Shown in pieces: positions 18,380 to 31,262 of a stretch of DNA of 64,000 nt. Each line of letters opens with the position of its first letter. Position 1 is the first letter of the stretch. Made by a program: the position numbers and the translations under genes. The notes beneath the pieces were generated by a model. The model was not told the origin of the DNA and did not search any database. It saw nothing but the letters and a program-made list of their open reading frames with translations. Origin of the DNA: an uncultured Pseudomonadota bacterium (GTDB lineage: Bacteria > Oederibacteriota > Muellerivitia > Muellerivitales > Muellerivitaceae); assembly GCA_963770835.1 (NCBI GenBank), contig CAVYRH010000008.1:1-64000 (forward strand). The letters run 5' to 3'.

Positions 18380-19671
18380 GGGCACCTCTAAAAATTCTGT
18401 TTGAAGGCTTTACGGTCACCTCAAACCAGTTTGCAACCCTCAACCAAAGGAGTTCGTGGAAATTTTTGGCCCGGAATCTCCCTTCGGCTACTCCCAGAAC
18501 CTTTCCTTAGCCCCCAAAGTCTTTAAAATCTATGCGTTCACTGCCTCCGGACGCATTCGTCCCATTAAGTACGTAAATCGCTGCATGTTGTAAGCCAGGT
18601 TCCGCATTCCTATCTTCATCCGGGCCCTCACCTTGCCCACCACCCTCAACCAGTTTCCACCCATCGCCGTTTCCATGTGCCCGAACACATGCTCGACTCT
18701 CGCCCGAACCTTGGACCGCATCTTGTTCAACTTTTCCTGGAACTCCGTCATGGGATGATTCCGATTCGACTTGTAATGAATCTGGTTGTTATATCGCCTG
18801 CGCTTCAAGGTCTTGTTCTTCTTCTGTGACCGGTATGCGCTGTCTGCCCACACCTTCTTGCGGTTCTCCACGTCCAACAACTCCTCGAAAACCTCCCGGT
18901 CGGGTACCGAAGCCGCCGTCACCTCAAACTTCCGGACCAGCTTGTGTTTCTTATCCACGTTGATATGGTTCTTGTACCCGTAGTGATTCACGCCGTTTTT
19001 TTGCACCCATCTCGCATCCACGTCTTTTTGCCTCATCTTATCGGTATCCCCCTTCCACTCCTGAGGTGTTTCCCCCTTCTTGATCTGGCCGTTTTCGTCT
19101 TTGGTGTTCCTCTGCCGGGGCACTTCCACTATCGAAGCATCGATGATCTGCCCTTCCTGGGCCTTCAGCCCGACCCGATCCAGGTGCCGGTTGAATTTCC
19201 CGAACAACTGGTCAATCCAGCCGCCTTGGGCCAGCTTGTTGCGGTATAACCAGATGGTCTTGGCATCCGGCACATCCTTATCCATACCCAGCCCCAAAAA
19301 CCTCATGAAACTCAGCCGGTCCTGGATATGGAATTGTGTCCTTTCGTCCGCCAGGTTGTATAGGGCCTGTAAAACTAGCACCTTGAACATTAGTACTTCA
19401 TCGTACGGGGTACGCCCCGCCTCGCTTTTGCGTTCCTTATCGCGTAATGCCTTGCGCAACATACTGCGGAAATCCTCCCAGGGCACTACTCGGTTCAAGG
19501 CTTCCAGTGGGTCCCCCATTTCATCCAGGGATTTCAAGCGGTCTTGAAGGTCGAAGAATCCGGTTTGGCCCATTGCGGCACCTCGTTCAAGGATTTTTCA
19601 GCGTTTTCACGCGCTGTTTTCTCCTTGTACCTCCTTCACTTCGTCTCTACAACCAATTTTTAGACGTGCCC
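18380..19671 (-). mobile_element. IS5-family insertion sequence, copy 2
   Basis: Same IRs; TTAA at 18376-18379 and 19672-19675; identical transposase translation; offset exactly 2992 bp from copy 1. Confidence 0.95.
18530..19573 (-). CDS. IS5-family DDE transposase
   Basis: Protein identical to 15538..16581. Confidence 0.95.
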   Translation of the reverse strand: MGQTGFFDLQDRLKSLDEMGDPLEALNRVVPWEDFRSMLRKALRDKERKSEAGRTPYDEVLMFKVLVLQALYNLADERTQFHIQDRLSFMRFLGLGMDKDVPDAKTIWLYRNKLAQGGWIDQLFGKFNRHLDRVGLKAQEGQIIDASIVEVPRQRNTKDENGQIKKGETPQEWKGDTDKMRQKDVDARWVQKNGVNHYGYKNHINVDKKHKLVRKFEVTAASVPDREVFEELLDVENRKKVWADSAYRSQKKNKTLKRRRYNNQIHYKSNRNHPMTEFQEKLNKMRSKVRARVEHVFGHMETAMGGNWLRVVGKVRARMKIGMRNLAYNMQRFTYLMGRMRPEAVNA

Positions 19672-19716
19672 TTAATTGATTCTTGTTTTTGTCCTGCACA
19701 AAATCAACTGGCCGTT

Positions 19717-20289
19717 TCAGCTTTTTCCAAACCCGAACTCCCTCAGTCGAGTATAAATCGAACCATTCGGGGCCAATTGACTCTTAAAAAGAATAAACCG
19801 GTCGGCCTTCCAAGGTTCCCAATGAGCAGGGCAGTTTTTCTGAAGGACCTCCACTGCCGCCCTCGCGTCCTCATTTTCCTTGACCCGCCCCAGCGTTAAA
19901 TGGGGGTGGTATTCCTTCTCATCCGGTTTGACACCCATACTTTTTAAGGGAGATAAAAGCGCCCTTTCCAATTTCCGGAACCCTTCTTCCCCACGTGTAA
20001 CTGGCACAAACAAAACTCTTGGATGATTCAGCTGGGGAAAAGCCCCAAGCCCTCCTATTTCAACCTCAAAGGGTTCCGCCAAACCGGCTATCTTCCCCAG
20101 CTCCTCCTCCAACCTCGAGACAAGCGTTTCCTCCAGAGCACCTATGAACCGGAGGGTAATGTGAAGCTGGGCCTTGGATACCCACCGGACTTCCCGGTAT
20201 TTGGAAACTCCGGCGAGCAAATCGCCCACCCCCTCTTCAACGGCTGGCGAAAGGGGATTCGCCACAAAAAGCCTAAGGGTGACCGCCAA
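19717..20289 (-). CDS. thpR: RNA 2',3'-cyclic phosphodiesterase (2H family)
   Basis: LRLFVA, two HxT motifs LHITLRF and PHLTLGR; follows cinA. Confidence 0.92.
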   Translation of the reverse strand: MAVTLRLFVANPLSPAVEEGVGDLLAGVSKYREVRWVSKAQLHITLRFIGALEETLVSRLEEELGKIAGLAEPFEVEIGGLGAFPQLNHPRVLFVPVTRGEEGFRKLERALLSPLKSMGVKPDEKEYHPHLTLGRVKENEDARAAVEVLQKNCPAHWEPWKADRFILFKSQLAPNGSIYTRLREFGFGKS

Positions 20290-20292
20290 AAC

Positions 20293-21552
20293 TTAATCCT
20301 TCGGAGGTAGCTGGAGGCAATGGCGCCGCAGTAGTTCCAAGGCGGCCTGGCTGGCCCTATTCTTCACCGTATCACGGTTTCCGGTGAAGCGGTATTCAAA
20401 GGCTTGAGTGGCTTGGTCATCCGAGATGCCGATATATACGAGCCCCACGGGTTTTTGTGCCGACCCCCCCGTGGGCCCCGCAATGCCTGTCGTCGAAAGG
20501 CCTATGTTTGCTTTCGCGGCCTTACGGACATTAGCAGCCAGGGCTTCTGCCACTTCCCGGGAAACGGCCCCTTTTTGCCGGATGAGTTGGGGGTCCACCT
20601 TCAAGGTGTCGTCTTTGGCTTCATTGCTGTAAACCACGTAACCCCGCAGGAAATAGTTGGAACTTCCCGGTACCTGGGTGATGCGGTGGGAGATCAAGCC
20701 CCCCGTGCAGGACTCGGCCGTGGCTAGGGTCATCTGCCGGGTGGTCAACATGCGGCCCACGATGGTTTCCAAACCGTCCTGGTCCCAACCGTAAATGAAA
20801 TTAGGCAGGCGGGTAGTCAACACCTTGCCCAAGTCCTCGATCAAGGCGTCGGCCTTCTCCACATTTTCCGCCTTGGCGGACAGGCGGATATCCACACCTT
20901 CCCAATGGGCCAAAACCCCAATAGTGGGGTTGGTGGACTTTTCGAAGATGTCGGCGATCTTTTCATTCAAGGCGGACTCGTCAATACCCGTTGTGCGATA
21001 GATCCGCGACTTGATCACCACCCCCCCCGGCGACAGGGACTTCAAAAAAGGCCGCAGGGTCTCCTCGAGCATAGCTTTCATTTCTAAAGGCACTCCCGGC
21101 AGGCAGGCCAGGTGGGATTTGCCCACCTTGACGATAAAGCCAGGCGCTGTCCCGTTGGCATTGGGAATAATGGTGGCTCCTTGGGGAATGAAAGCCTGGT
21201 TCAGGTTGACTTTGGGGAAAGGCTTTCCGGGACGGAAATGGGCGAAGCGTTCCTCGATGGCCTTGGCGATATTTTCGTGGAAAACCAGCTGCTTTTGGGC
21301 CAGCCGGGCGGCCACTTTTCTTGTGACGTCATCCACGGTGGGGCCCAAGCCGCCGGTAGTAATAACGGCCTGGCTTCTCTCACAAGCCAGTTTCAAAGCC
21401 GTTTCAATGCGCTTTTCGTTGTCCCCCACAGCCTGGAAACCGTAAACATCCACACCCAAAAGGGCTAATTGCTGGGCGATCCAGGCGGAGTTGGTATCTA
21501 CGTTCTGGCCTAAAAGCAATTCGGTTCCAATGGCAACAATCTCGGCGTTCAC
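20293..21552 (-). CDS. cinA: Competence/damage-inducible protein A (NMN deamidase fusion)
   Basis: IGTELLLG, DTNS, GGLGPTVDD, LPGVP, AESCTGG, TGIAGPTGG. Confidence 0.96.
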   Translation of the reverse strand: MNAEIVAIGTELLLGQNVDTNSAWIAQQLALLGVDVYGFQAVGDNEKRIETALKLACERSQAVITTGGLGPTVDDVTRKVAARLAQKQLVFHENIAKAIEERFAHFRPGKPFPKVNLNQAFIPQGATIIPNANGTAPGFIVKVGKSHLACLPGVPLEMKAMLEETLRPFLKSLSPGGVVIKSRIYRTTGIDESALNEKIADIFEKSTNPTIGVLAHWEGVDIRLSAKAENVEKADALIEDLGKVLTTRLPNFIYGWDQDGLETIVGRMLTTRQMTLATAESCTGGLISHRITQVPGSSNYFLRGYVVYSNEAKDDTLKVDPQLIRQKGAVSREVAEALAANVRKAAKANIGLSTTGIAGPTGGSAQKPVGLVYIGISDDQATQAFEYRFTGNRDTVKNRASQAALELLRRHCLQLPPKD

Positions 21553-21576
21553 GTAATGCCTTTCGGGTCAGGGAAA

Positions 21577-22032
21577 CTATTTAATGTAATCCACCAAGAT
21601 GCGGCCGATATGGACCCAAGCCAAGGCGTAAAGCCCCGCCACCAAGTCGTCGGTCATGATTCCCCATCCCCCCGGAAGTTTTTCGATGCGGCGGATGGGA
21701 TAAGGTTTCCAAATATCGAAAAGCCGGAAAAGAATGATGGCCATGATCACGAAAGGCCATTGGCGCGGTATGAGCAACATGGCCACTCCCATGCCCAAGA
21801 CCTCGTCCATTACTGCGCTGTGAGGGTCAATCTCTCCGATGTTTTTGGCGTATTCCCCAGTGGTATAGACCCCCAGGAAGTAAACCACCACCAGCGTTCC
21901 CAGGTGGATCAGGGGGTAGTCGATCAAGGGATAAAAAAGCGGTGCCGCTGCCAAGGAAGCCCATGTCCCTGGAGCAAAAGGGATTTTGCCGATGCCAAGG
22001 AAAGTCGCGATCCAAAAATGAAAATGTTTCAT
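21577..22032 (-). CDS. pgpA: Phosphatidylglycerophosphatase A
   Basis: PFAPGTWAS, DEVLG, FRLFDIWKP, GIMTDD; ATG 22032 overlaps the pgsA stop (ATGA). Confidence 0.93.
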   Translation of the reverse strand: MKHFHFWIATFLGIGKIPFAPGTWASLAAAPLFYPLIDYPLIHLGTLVVVYFLGVYTTGEYAKNIGEIDPHSAVMDEVLGMGVAMLLIPRQWPFVIMAIILFRLFDIWKPYPIRRIEKLPGGWGIMTDDLVAGLYALAWVHIGRILVDYIK

Positions 22033-22688
22033 GCCTTCCCTCCGCTCAACACTTGGCGGTTTTTCGCGACATAGTCGATTCCCGAAACAAGGGACATGAC
22101 TGTGGCGTAAAACATCAGCCAGTAAGGGCCATACCAAACGAGGTGTTCCAGCCAATCCCCCAGTACCCCGAGCCGCGTTAAGAATTGGTCCCATTTGATC
22201 TGCGAAGCCTCCACCGTGGCCTGGGTGCAGATAATAGCCAGGATGACGGAACAAGCCACGATTTGGGAAACCGTCTTGTGTTTCCCCGCCCGGCTGGCCG
22301 CGATCACGATATTCCGGCTTTGGGCCATTTGGCGAAGTCCCGTGATCAAGAACTCACGGGCAAAAATAATGACCACCATCCAAAGCGGAACCAATTCCAG
22401 GGCCACAAATGAGCCAAAAACCGAAAGAAGAAGAATCTTGTCGGCCAGAGGATCCAGCAAGGCCCCGAAGTCGGATTTCAAGTTGTATTTGCGCGCCAGG
22501 TAACCATCGAGATAATCGCTGATGGCGCCCCATGCGAACAACAACCCCGCCGCCCACTTGGCCCAAACCTCTTCCCGGAAAATCAAAAGCAAATAGAGCG
22601 GCGTCACCACAATGCGGGACAAGGTAACGAGGTTCGCGATGTTCCATTGGGATTGGGCCTGGGTGAGCTTGGGGCTTAACATGGTCAA
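22029..22688 (-). CDS. pgsA: CDP-diacylglycerol--glycerol-3-phosphate 3-phosphatidyltransferase
   Basis: NLVTLSR, DYLDGYLAR, FGALLDPLADK, REFLITGLR, GKHKT. Confidence 0.95.
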   Translation of the reverse strand: MTMLSPKLTQAQSQWNIANLVTLSRIVVTPLYLLLIFREEVWAKWAAGLLFAWGAISDYLDGYLARKYNLKSDFGALLDPLADKILLLSVFGSFVALELVPLWMVVIIFAREFLITGLRQMAQSRNIVIAASRAGKHKTVSQIVACSVILAIICTQATVEASQIKWDQFLTRLGVLGDWLEHLVWYGPYWLMFYATVMSLVSGIDYVAKNRQVLSGGKA

Positions 22689-24076
22689 ACCCCGGGAGAA
22701 ATGACTTTACCGACGAGGTCCTGTTGGAGGCCGTGGGTGATTTCCACTTCCACCCATTGACCTACATTGGGTTTCGACAGGCCTTCGATCAAAACCACTC
22801 CGTCGACTTCAGGAGCCTGGTATCGGGTTCTCCCCTGCACCTCTTCATTTTCTACCACTTCGACAACAGCCGCCAGTCTTTCCCCCACCCAGCGCTGATG
22901 GGATTTTTCCGCGACTTCTTCCTGTAAGCGGTAGGCCTCGGCTAATCGGTTTTTTTTGACTTCCTCGGGTACTTGGCTTTCCATGACTCCCGCGGGAGTA
23001 TTTTCTTCCTGGGAATAGGAGAAAAAGCCGACATAGTCCAACTGGGACTGCTTTAAAAAACTCAGGAGTTCACTGAAATCTCCATCGGTCTCGCCTGGGA
23101 AACCTACAATAAAGGTCGAGCGGATGGAGGAATGGGGGATCTTGGTCCGGATTCTCTGGATCAGCCTTTCCAAAAGCGCCCGGTCGCCGATCCTTTGCAT
23201 GGATTTCAAGATCCGGTCGCTGGCGTGCTGGAGAGGCACATCGAAATAAGGACAAATCCTGGGGTTGGCGGCCATGACTTCCAAAAGTTCATCCGAAACA
23301 CGGCTGGGATAAAGGTAATGAAGGCGGACCCATTCCAGACCTTCCACTTGGCCCAATTTCTCCAAAAGCTCGGCGATCTTGGGCTTTCCATAGCGGTCCG
23401 CGCCATACCAGGTGCTGTCCTGGGCCACCAGGCAAATTTCCCTCACACCCTGGGAAGCCAAATTCCGGGCCTCCTGCTCGATATCCTCAATGGACCGACT
23501 GCGGTAGTGCCCCCGGATTTTGGGGATGATACAAAAGGTGCAGGGCAGGTCACACCCCTCGGAAATTTTCACATAGGCGAAATGGCTGGGTGTAGAAAGA
23601 AGACGCGGGGACGAGGCGTCGTAAACATAAGTCGCCTCACTTAAGGAATTCGGGAGAAGTGGTTTCTTGTCGTTTTGGGAAGGGTGGATCGGAAGGGACA
23701 TTCCTTTGATCTGGTCCGCCACATTTTCCACGTCATTCAACCCAAACAGGATGTCAATTTCTGGGAGTTCCTTCCTTAACTCATCTCCATAACGGTGGGC
23801 CAGGCATCCGCCCACGACCAGGGATTTCAAATGGCCACTTTTCCGAAGCCTTGCCACTTCCAGGATGGTATCGATGGATTCCTTCTTGGAAGCTTCGATG
23901 AACCCGCAGGTGTTCACAATCACCACTTCGGCTTGGGTAGGGTCTTTTACCAGGGAATAATGGTCCTGGGCCAGTTTTCCGAGCATGACCTCGGAATCGA
24001 CCGTGTTCTTGGGGCACCCCAAGCTGATCACGGCAACCGTTTTGGCAGGAAAATTGTTTAAGGTTTTTTTGGTCAT
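22685..24076 (-). CDS. rimO: Ribosomal protein S12 methylthiotransferase
   Basis: SLGCPKN, NTCGFIE, radical SAM CDLPCTFCIIP, RLHYLYP, C-terminal TRAM with QAPEVDG; upstream of pgsA. Confidence 0.93.
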   Translation of the reverse strand: MTKKTLNNFPAKTVAVISLGCPKNTVDSEVMLGKLAQDHYSLVKDPTQAEVVIVNTCGFIEASKKESIDTILEVARLRKSGHLKSLVVGGCLAHRYGDELRKELPEIDILFGLNDVENVADQIKGMSLPIHPSQNDKKPLLPNSLSEATYVYDASSPRLLSTPSHFAYVKISEGCDLPCTFCIIPKIRGHYRSRSIEDIEQEARNLASQGVREICLVAQDSTWYGADRYGKPKIAELLEKLGQVEGLEWVRLHYLYPSRVSDELLEVMAANPRICPYFDVPLQHASDRILKSMQRIGDRALLERLIQRIRTKIPHSSIRSTFIVGFPGETDGDFSELLSFLKQSQLDYVGFFSYSQEENTPAGVMESQVPEEVKKNRLAEAYRLQEEVAEKSHQRWVGERLAAVVEVVENEEVQGRTRYQAPEVDGVVLIEGLSKPNVGQWVEVEITHGLQQDLVGKVISPGV

Positions 24077-24105
24077 AAGCGGGCTTAATGTAACACAACC
24101 GGCGG

Positions 24106-25484
24106 TTAAAAACGAATCCTTGTGGCCTCATCGATACTCTTTGAAATCACTTCGATAAAATAGGCCAAATCCTTTTTGGAAATACCCAGGGGGGGCATGA
24201 CGACAATCACGTTGCCCAGGGGCCGCATCAACACTCCCCTTTTCTTGGCCTCGGCACAGACGCGGTAGCCCATCTTCTTTTCATAAGCATAGGGCTCGTT
24301 TGTTTTCTTGTTTTTAACAAGCTCAATGCCCCCCATCATGCCCCGCAAGCGGACATCCGACACATGGGGATGGGCGACGAGGGGTTCCAAAAGTTCCTGA
24401 AGCATCTGGCTTTTTTCTTGGACTCCTTCAAGGAATCCCTTTTTCTCCATCAATTCAAGGTTCGCCAGGGCCGCCGAACAGCCCAATTGGTTTCCTGTAA
24501 AGGTATGTCCATGGTAGAAAGTCCGTAAGGAGTCAAAGGGACCCAAGAAAGCCCTGTAGACCTTCTCGGTTGTCAGGGTAGCTGCCACTGGAAGGTAGCC
24601 ACCCGTAAGGTTTTTGGCTACGCAAAGCAAATCGGGTCGCACACCCTCCTGTTCACAAGCGAACATCGTTCCCGTGCGCCCAAAACCGGTCGCCACCTCA
24701 TCCAGAATCAATAACACGTTATAACGGTCGCATAACCGCCGGATAGCTTTCAGGTAACCCCATGGGTGCACCAACATGCCACCCGCCCCTTCGATCAAAG
24801 GTTCCATATGAACACCAGCTAAGCGGGATCCATACTTGCGGAAAGCGGCCTCCGCCTCCCTCACACTGTCCTTCAACCATTTATCATTCGAGACCTTACG
24901 GCTGGAATAACCGTGGGGACTTTTGATTTTGAGGGTTTTAAAAAGCATGGGGCCGAAGATTCCGTGGAAGAGGTCGATCCCCCCTAAGCTGACCGAGCCA
25001 ATGGTGTCCCCGTGATAGCCTTCCCGCACAGTCAGGAATAAGTTCTTCTTCGGCTTCGCGGGCCTAATTTGCTTCCAATATTGGAAAGCCATCTTGGCGG
25101 CGATCTCGTTGGCTTCCGACCCCGAATCGGAGTAAAAGACGCGAGTCAGCCCTTTGGGGACCAGCTTAACCAACTTTTCCGCAAGCAGGATGGCGGGCTC
25201 GTTGGAAGCTCCCAACATTGTGGAATGGGCGATCTTTTTGAGCTGTTTTTGGATGGCCCGGTCGATTTCCGAAACCTGGTGGCCATGGACATTACACCAG
25301 AGGGACGAAACACCATCCAGGTACGTTCGTCCCTTGACATCGTAGAGATAGGTCCCTTTCCCCCGCGTGATAATGGTAATGTCCGGGTCCTTCACCCATT
25401 CCTGTTGTTGGGTAAAGGGATGCCAGAGATATTTCTTATCCTTTGAAGCAAGCTGTGTGTGTTTCATGTTTTTTGAGATCCCGC

Positions 25485-25488
<4 letters not shown>
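24106..25488 (-). CDS. bioA: Adenosylmethionine-8-amino-7-oxononanoate aminotransferase
   Basis: LWHPFTQ, DGVSSLWCNVHGH, YHGDTIG, DEVATGFGRTG, AKNLTGGYLP, HGHTFTGN, MRPLGN. Confidence 0.95.
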
Positions 25489-27799
<2,311 letters not shown>

Positions 27800-27803
<4 letters not shown>

Positions 27804-28219
27804 GGATTATCCCTCTCCATCGTCAAACAATAATCCTTAAATCCAATCGCTTTCCAAAATCCAATCGCGCTTTTATTCCCCACCAACACATCAAGCCTGA
27901 GGCGTTTTTGCTTATTCCACGCGTTTTTTCGCAGCCACTGAAAGGCCTTCTTCCCCAAACCGGATTTTCGAAAAGGGCGCTCAACGTAAAATTGCCGTAT
28001 GTAGAGAAATTCTTTTTCTTTTCGATAAAGGCAGTAGCCGGCAAATCGAGAACCCTCTAGGAATACCCAGGCCAGGTACCCCTCTTTAAGCCAATCCCGC
28101 ATACGGCGGGTTAATTGTGTCACATTCTTGGGGTTCCGATGGCCGCTATCTTGGATCAACCGATGGTTCATTTCCGCCAAATTCCGTGAATCCGACAGAA
28201 CGGCTTTCCTGAATTTCAT
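27800..28219 (-). CDS. GNAT acyltransferase
   Basis: ATG 28219 with AGGTG RBS; YIRQFYV, RKSGLG, NKSAIGFWKAIGF; its stop overlaps the bioF ATG. Confidence 0.85.
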
Positions 28220-28227
28220 TCTGTCAC

Positions 28228-29406
28228 CTAGCACTTCGAGAATACAACTGCGCCCAATTGCCCGCCAAAGCCGTAAGAAAGGGACATCACATGATCCACC
28301 TTCTGCCGCACCCCGCCTTTTTCCACGTGCCGTATCCGGCATTGGGGATCGGGTTTGCTCAAATTACGGGTATCGGGAATTTCACCTCGATTCAAAACCA
28401 TGGAGGAAATAACCGCTTCCACGCTTCCGGCGGCTCCCAGTAAATGCCCCGTGGCTCCCTTGGTGGAACTCACCCAGGGACCGGCATCCCCAAAAACCTT
28501 GTTCAAGGCCTTGGATTCCACTTCGTCATTAAGCCTTGTTCCAGTCCCATGGGCGTTGACGTAGCCGATATCGGAAGGTTTTAACCCGGCTTTACACAGC
28601 GCCCTTCCAATCAAGGGCACAATGGTATTTCCATTGGGCTCCATTTCCAATGCACCAAAGGCATCGGCGCCCAAGGCCCAACCCGCGAGCCGGGCCAATA
28701 TAGGGGCTTTCCTTTTTTTTGCCGACTTTTCCCTTTCCAAAATCATGACCGCAGCCCCTTCCCCCATCAAAAAGCCATCCCGCTCAATATCAAAGGGCGC
28801 TGGGCCGCCGTCCTTTTGGCTTAAGATTCCCATGTTTCGGAAGGCCGCATAGATGAGGGGATGAATAGAGGCTTCAGTGCTGCCGGTTAAGACCGCGTCG
28901 CATTCCCCGTCCAGGAGAAGCCTTGCCCCCCCGGCAATGCTGGCGATGCCCGTGGAGCACGCGGAAGAAAACGAAAGGGACGGGCCGAAAAACCCGAAGC
29001 GCTCCGCCAACAGCCTGCCCCCCGCGTGTGGAAAAAAGTCGGAAAGAAAATCCCAGGTGACTGTGGGGTCCTCCCTTTCCTCCAGAAGGCTGAGCACACC
29101 ACCCTTACTGGAAGAAAAAGTGGTGGCGATTCTTCCGGGAGGAACCTTATAAAGACCTGCTTTTCGCCAAGCCTCCTCGGCGGCGATAACCCCGAATTGG
29201 AGGGACCGGTCCTTTTGAATGAACCGCTGGGGCACCCAGGCTTCCAAAGTCTGTGCGGCACGGGGGTTTTCAAACATCTTCCATTCCAGACCCTCCAACC
29301 GCCGCCCGGCCGACTCTCCCCCCATGAGGGTCTTCCAGGTGTTGTCCACGTCCGGGCCCAAAGGCGTGACCATGCCCCACCCCGTGACGACAATGGAATC
29401 ATTCAT
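28228..29406 (-). CDS. Beta-ketoacyl-ACP synthase (divergent FabF/FabB-like)
   Basis: VVTGWGMVTPLG; C-H-H triad in SACST, AHGTGT, GHLLGAAG; PFDIERDGF; SYGFGG; ATG 29406 overlaps the upstream stop (ATGA). Confidence 0.9.
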   Translation of the reverse strand: MNDSIVVTGWGMVTPLGPDVDNTWKTLMGGESAGRRLEGLEWKMFENPRAAQTLEAWVPQRFIQKDRSLQFGVIAAEEAWRKAGLYKVPPGRIATTFSSSKGGVLSLLEEREDPTVTWDFLSDFFPHAGGRLLAERFGFFGPSLSFSSACSTGIASIAGGARLLLDGECDAVLTGSTEASIHPLIYAAFRNMGILSQKDGGPAPFDIERDGFLMGEGAAVMILEREKSAKKRKAPILARLAGWALGADAFGALEMEPNGNTIVPLIGRALCKAGLKPSDIGYVNAHGTGTRLNDEVESKALNKVFGDAGPWVSSTKGATGHLLGAAGSVEAVISSMVLNRGEIPDTRNLSKPDPQCRIRHVEKGGVRQKVDHVMSLSYGFGGQLGAVVFSKC

Positions 29407-30134
29407 AACCATCCCGGAAGCCTCGAATCCAAGTTGAATACCTGCCCTGAAATGGTTTGAGTACCCGCCAGCCAAACCATAAAATCCGCCACCTCGTTCA
29501 AGTCGGTGGTTTTTCCCAAAAGGTGACGTTTTCGGATGGCTTCCTCGGCCTCAGGCGAAAGATTGTCCGCGATGCGGGTCTTGTGGAAACCCGGGCATAC
29601 CACGTTAGCCCTTATGTTCCTGCCGCCGTATTCCTTGGCCAAACTGCGGGCCAAGCCAATCAGACCGGCTTTGGCGGAGGTATAAGCCCCTTGCCCGATG
29701 TTCCCGGTGGTGGCCACCACCGAGGAGATGAAGACAAGTTGCCCCGATTTCTGCTTCAGCATGGGCTTCAGGCAGGCCTTGGAAAGGTGGAATGCCCCTG
29801 AAAGATGGACCCCCAGGGTGGCATCCCAATGGGCCTCCTCGACGTTCAAGAGGCGGGCGTTCCAGGTGGCCCCGGCGTTGTGGATGGCGCAATCCAACCG
29901 TCCCCATTTTTCCAAAACCCCCTCGACGAGGGTTCCCACATGATCGCCGTTGGAAACATCGCATTTGGCCAGCCAGAAGTCCCGGGTCAGCCCGGAATAT
30001 TCCCCGGAAGCCAAACGGGCCGACTCCTCGTCCTCATGGTAACAAGCGGCTACCGCCCAGCCTTTTTGGGCGAAAGCCTTGCCCAGGGACAAACCGATGC
30101 CGCGGGTTCCGCCGGTGATTAAAAGGACTGGCAT
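29403..30134 (-). CDS. 3-oxoacyl-ACP reductase-like SDR (FabG-like)
   Basis: TGGTRGIG, HNAG, SSVV..GNIGQGAYTSAK (YxxxK), NVVCPGF. Confidence 0.9.
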   Translation of the reverse strand: MPVLLITGGTRGIGLSLGKAFAQKGWAVAACYHEDEESARLASGEYSGLTRDFWLAKCDVSNGDHVGTLVEGVLEKWGRLDCAIHNAGATWNARLLNVEEAHWDATLGVHLSGAFHLSKACLKPMLKQKSGQLVFISSVVATTGNIGQGAYTSAKAGLIGLARSLAKEYGGRNIRANVVCPGFHKTRIADNLSPEAEEAIRKRHLLGKTTDLNEVADFMVWLAGTQTISGQVFNLDSRLPGWL

Positions 30135-30212
30135 TCGGTAAAAGCCTTTCGCATTTGAAATACTATTTCAATCCATTTTTGCGTGGGAATTTACGGGAAG
30201 GAACCGGCCTTA

Positions 30213-30566
30213 TCAATCCGTTGGTGCCACCGCGTCGGAAACCGAGCTGGCGATCGCCACGGCCACGGCCAAAAGGATCATCATAAAAACTAGGATGGGA
30301 AAAAGAATCCAAAGCACGAAGGCGATCAAGAGGCAGTTCCGGCCGATCTTGCGCACTTCCCAGGATTCTTGGTCGTAAAGAAATAGGGCGATGAGGATGC
30401 CGGCGAAGGGCACGAAGAGCGAAAGAAAATACCAAACCCAGCGGTAGGAAGTGATGCCGTCTGTTGCCCCGGATGGCGCAACGGAAACTTTCACCGGCGT
30501 CACAGTGGCTGGGGAAACCATCGGAGCAGTTCGGTTCCGGCGTCGAATGGGGCGGGCCGGGCTCAT
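30213..30566 (-). CDS. Hypothetical membrane protein
   Basis: Two to three hydrophobic segments; ATGA overlap with the upstream gene. Confidence 0.7.
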   Translation of the reverse strand: MSPARPIRRRNRTAPMVSPATVTPVKVSVAPSGATDGITSYRWVWYFLSLFVPFAGILIALFLYDQESWEVRKIGRNCLLIAFVLWILFPILVFMMILLAVAVAIASSVSDAVAPTD

Positions 30567-31093
30567 TTGAACACCTTAAACATGAGGGCCACAAAAACCA
30601 GGAGCACCGCCACCAGGGAAAAAGGAAGGCCGACGTAAATTCCAGCCGTCCAACGGGAGCACTTGAGAACCTTCTCCATGCCGAAAACCTGGAACACGAA
30701 AACGGCCAAGGACAGCCATATGACCAGGCTGAAATCCAGGCCCAACAGGGCGATCCCGGCGATGGAATAGGCCACCACCTGCCGCACCGGCTCTAAGGGC
30801 AGGGACTCCCCCACCAGGAAAGCGCAGAGGCGCATGAAACCTGACCAGAGATAAATTCCGGCCGTCACTAAAAAGGGCATGGCGAGGAGCGTGGCCAAGG
30901 TCACTAAAACCACATTGACCTTGGATCCTCCCGCGAGGATCTCGGATAAACTCCGTTCCAAGGCCACGAGAACCCCGGTGAGATTGGCGAACCGGAAGGA
31001 CTCTTTTTCGTCCCCTGGCTGGTAGTTTCGGCTGAAAAATTCGCCGGGCCGAAACCACAAAAACCTTAAATTTTCGAAGTAGTGCCTGACCAT
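30563..31093 (-). CDS. YIP1-like membrane protein
   Basis: LWFRPGEFF start, about five TM segments, VVAYS motif. Confidence 0.65.
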   Translation of the reverse strand: MVRHYFENLRFLWFRPGEFFSRNYQPGDEKESFRFANLTGVLVALERSLSEILAGGSKVNVVLVTLATLLAMPFLVTAGIYLWSGFMRLCAFLVGESLPLEPVRQVVAYSIAGIALLGLDFSLVIWLSLAVFVFQVFGMEKVLKCSRWTAGIYVGLPFSLVAVLLVFVALMFKVFK

Positions 31094-31217
31094 GAGGGCT
31101 AGAGTTTAGCAGGCTGGTGGGAAAAATAAAAACAGTTTACAGAGCCGCTTGCCACCAAAGATTCCGAAGAAATCGTGGAATTTCCAATATCCAAGCGCGC
31201 CGTAAAAGCACGAAAAC

Positions 31218-31248
31218 AAAAAAGCCCGGAGGGCATCCCTCCGGGCTT
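31218..31248 (-). terminator. Intrinsic terminator of the acidic-protein gene
   Basis: Minus strand AAGCCCGGAGGG-ATG-CCCTCCGGGCTT then a T-run. Confidence 0.85.
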
Positions 31249-31262
31249 CTCCCGCAATACGG

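Noticed and set aside
15384..19675. Outer TTAA pair as proof that the two IS5 copies moved as one composite transposon
   Set aside because: All four junctions are TTAA (target preference), and the enclosed genes are co-oriented with the resident operon
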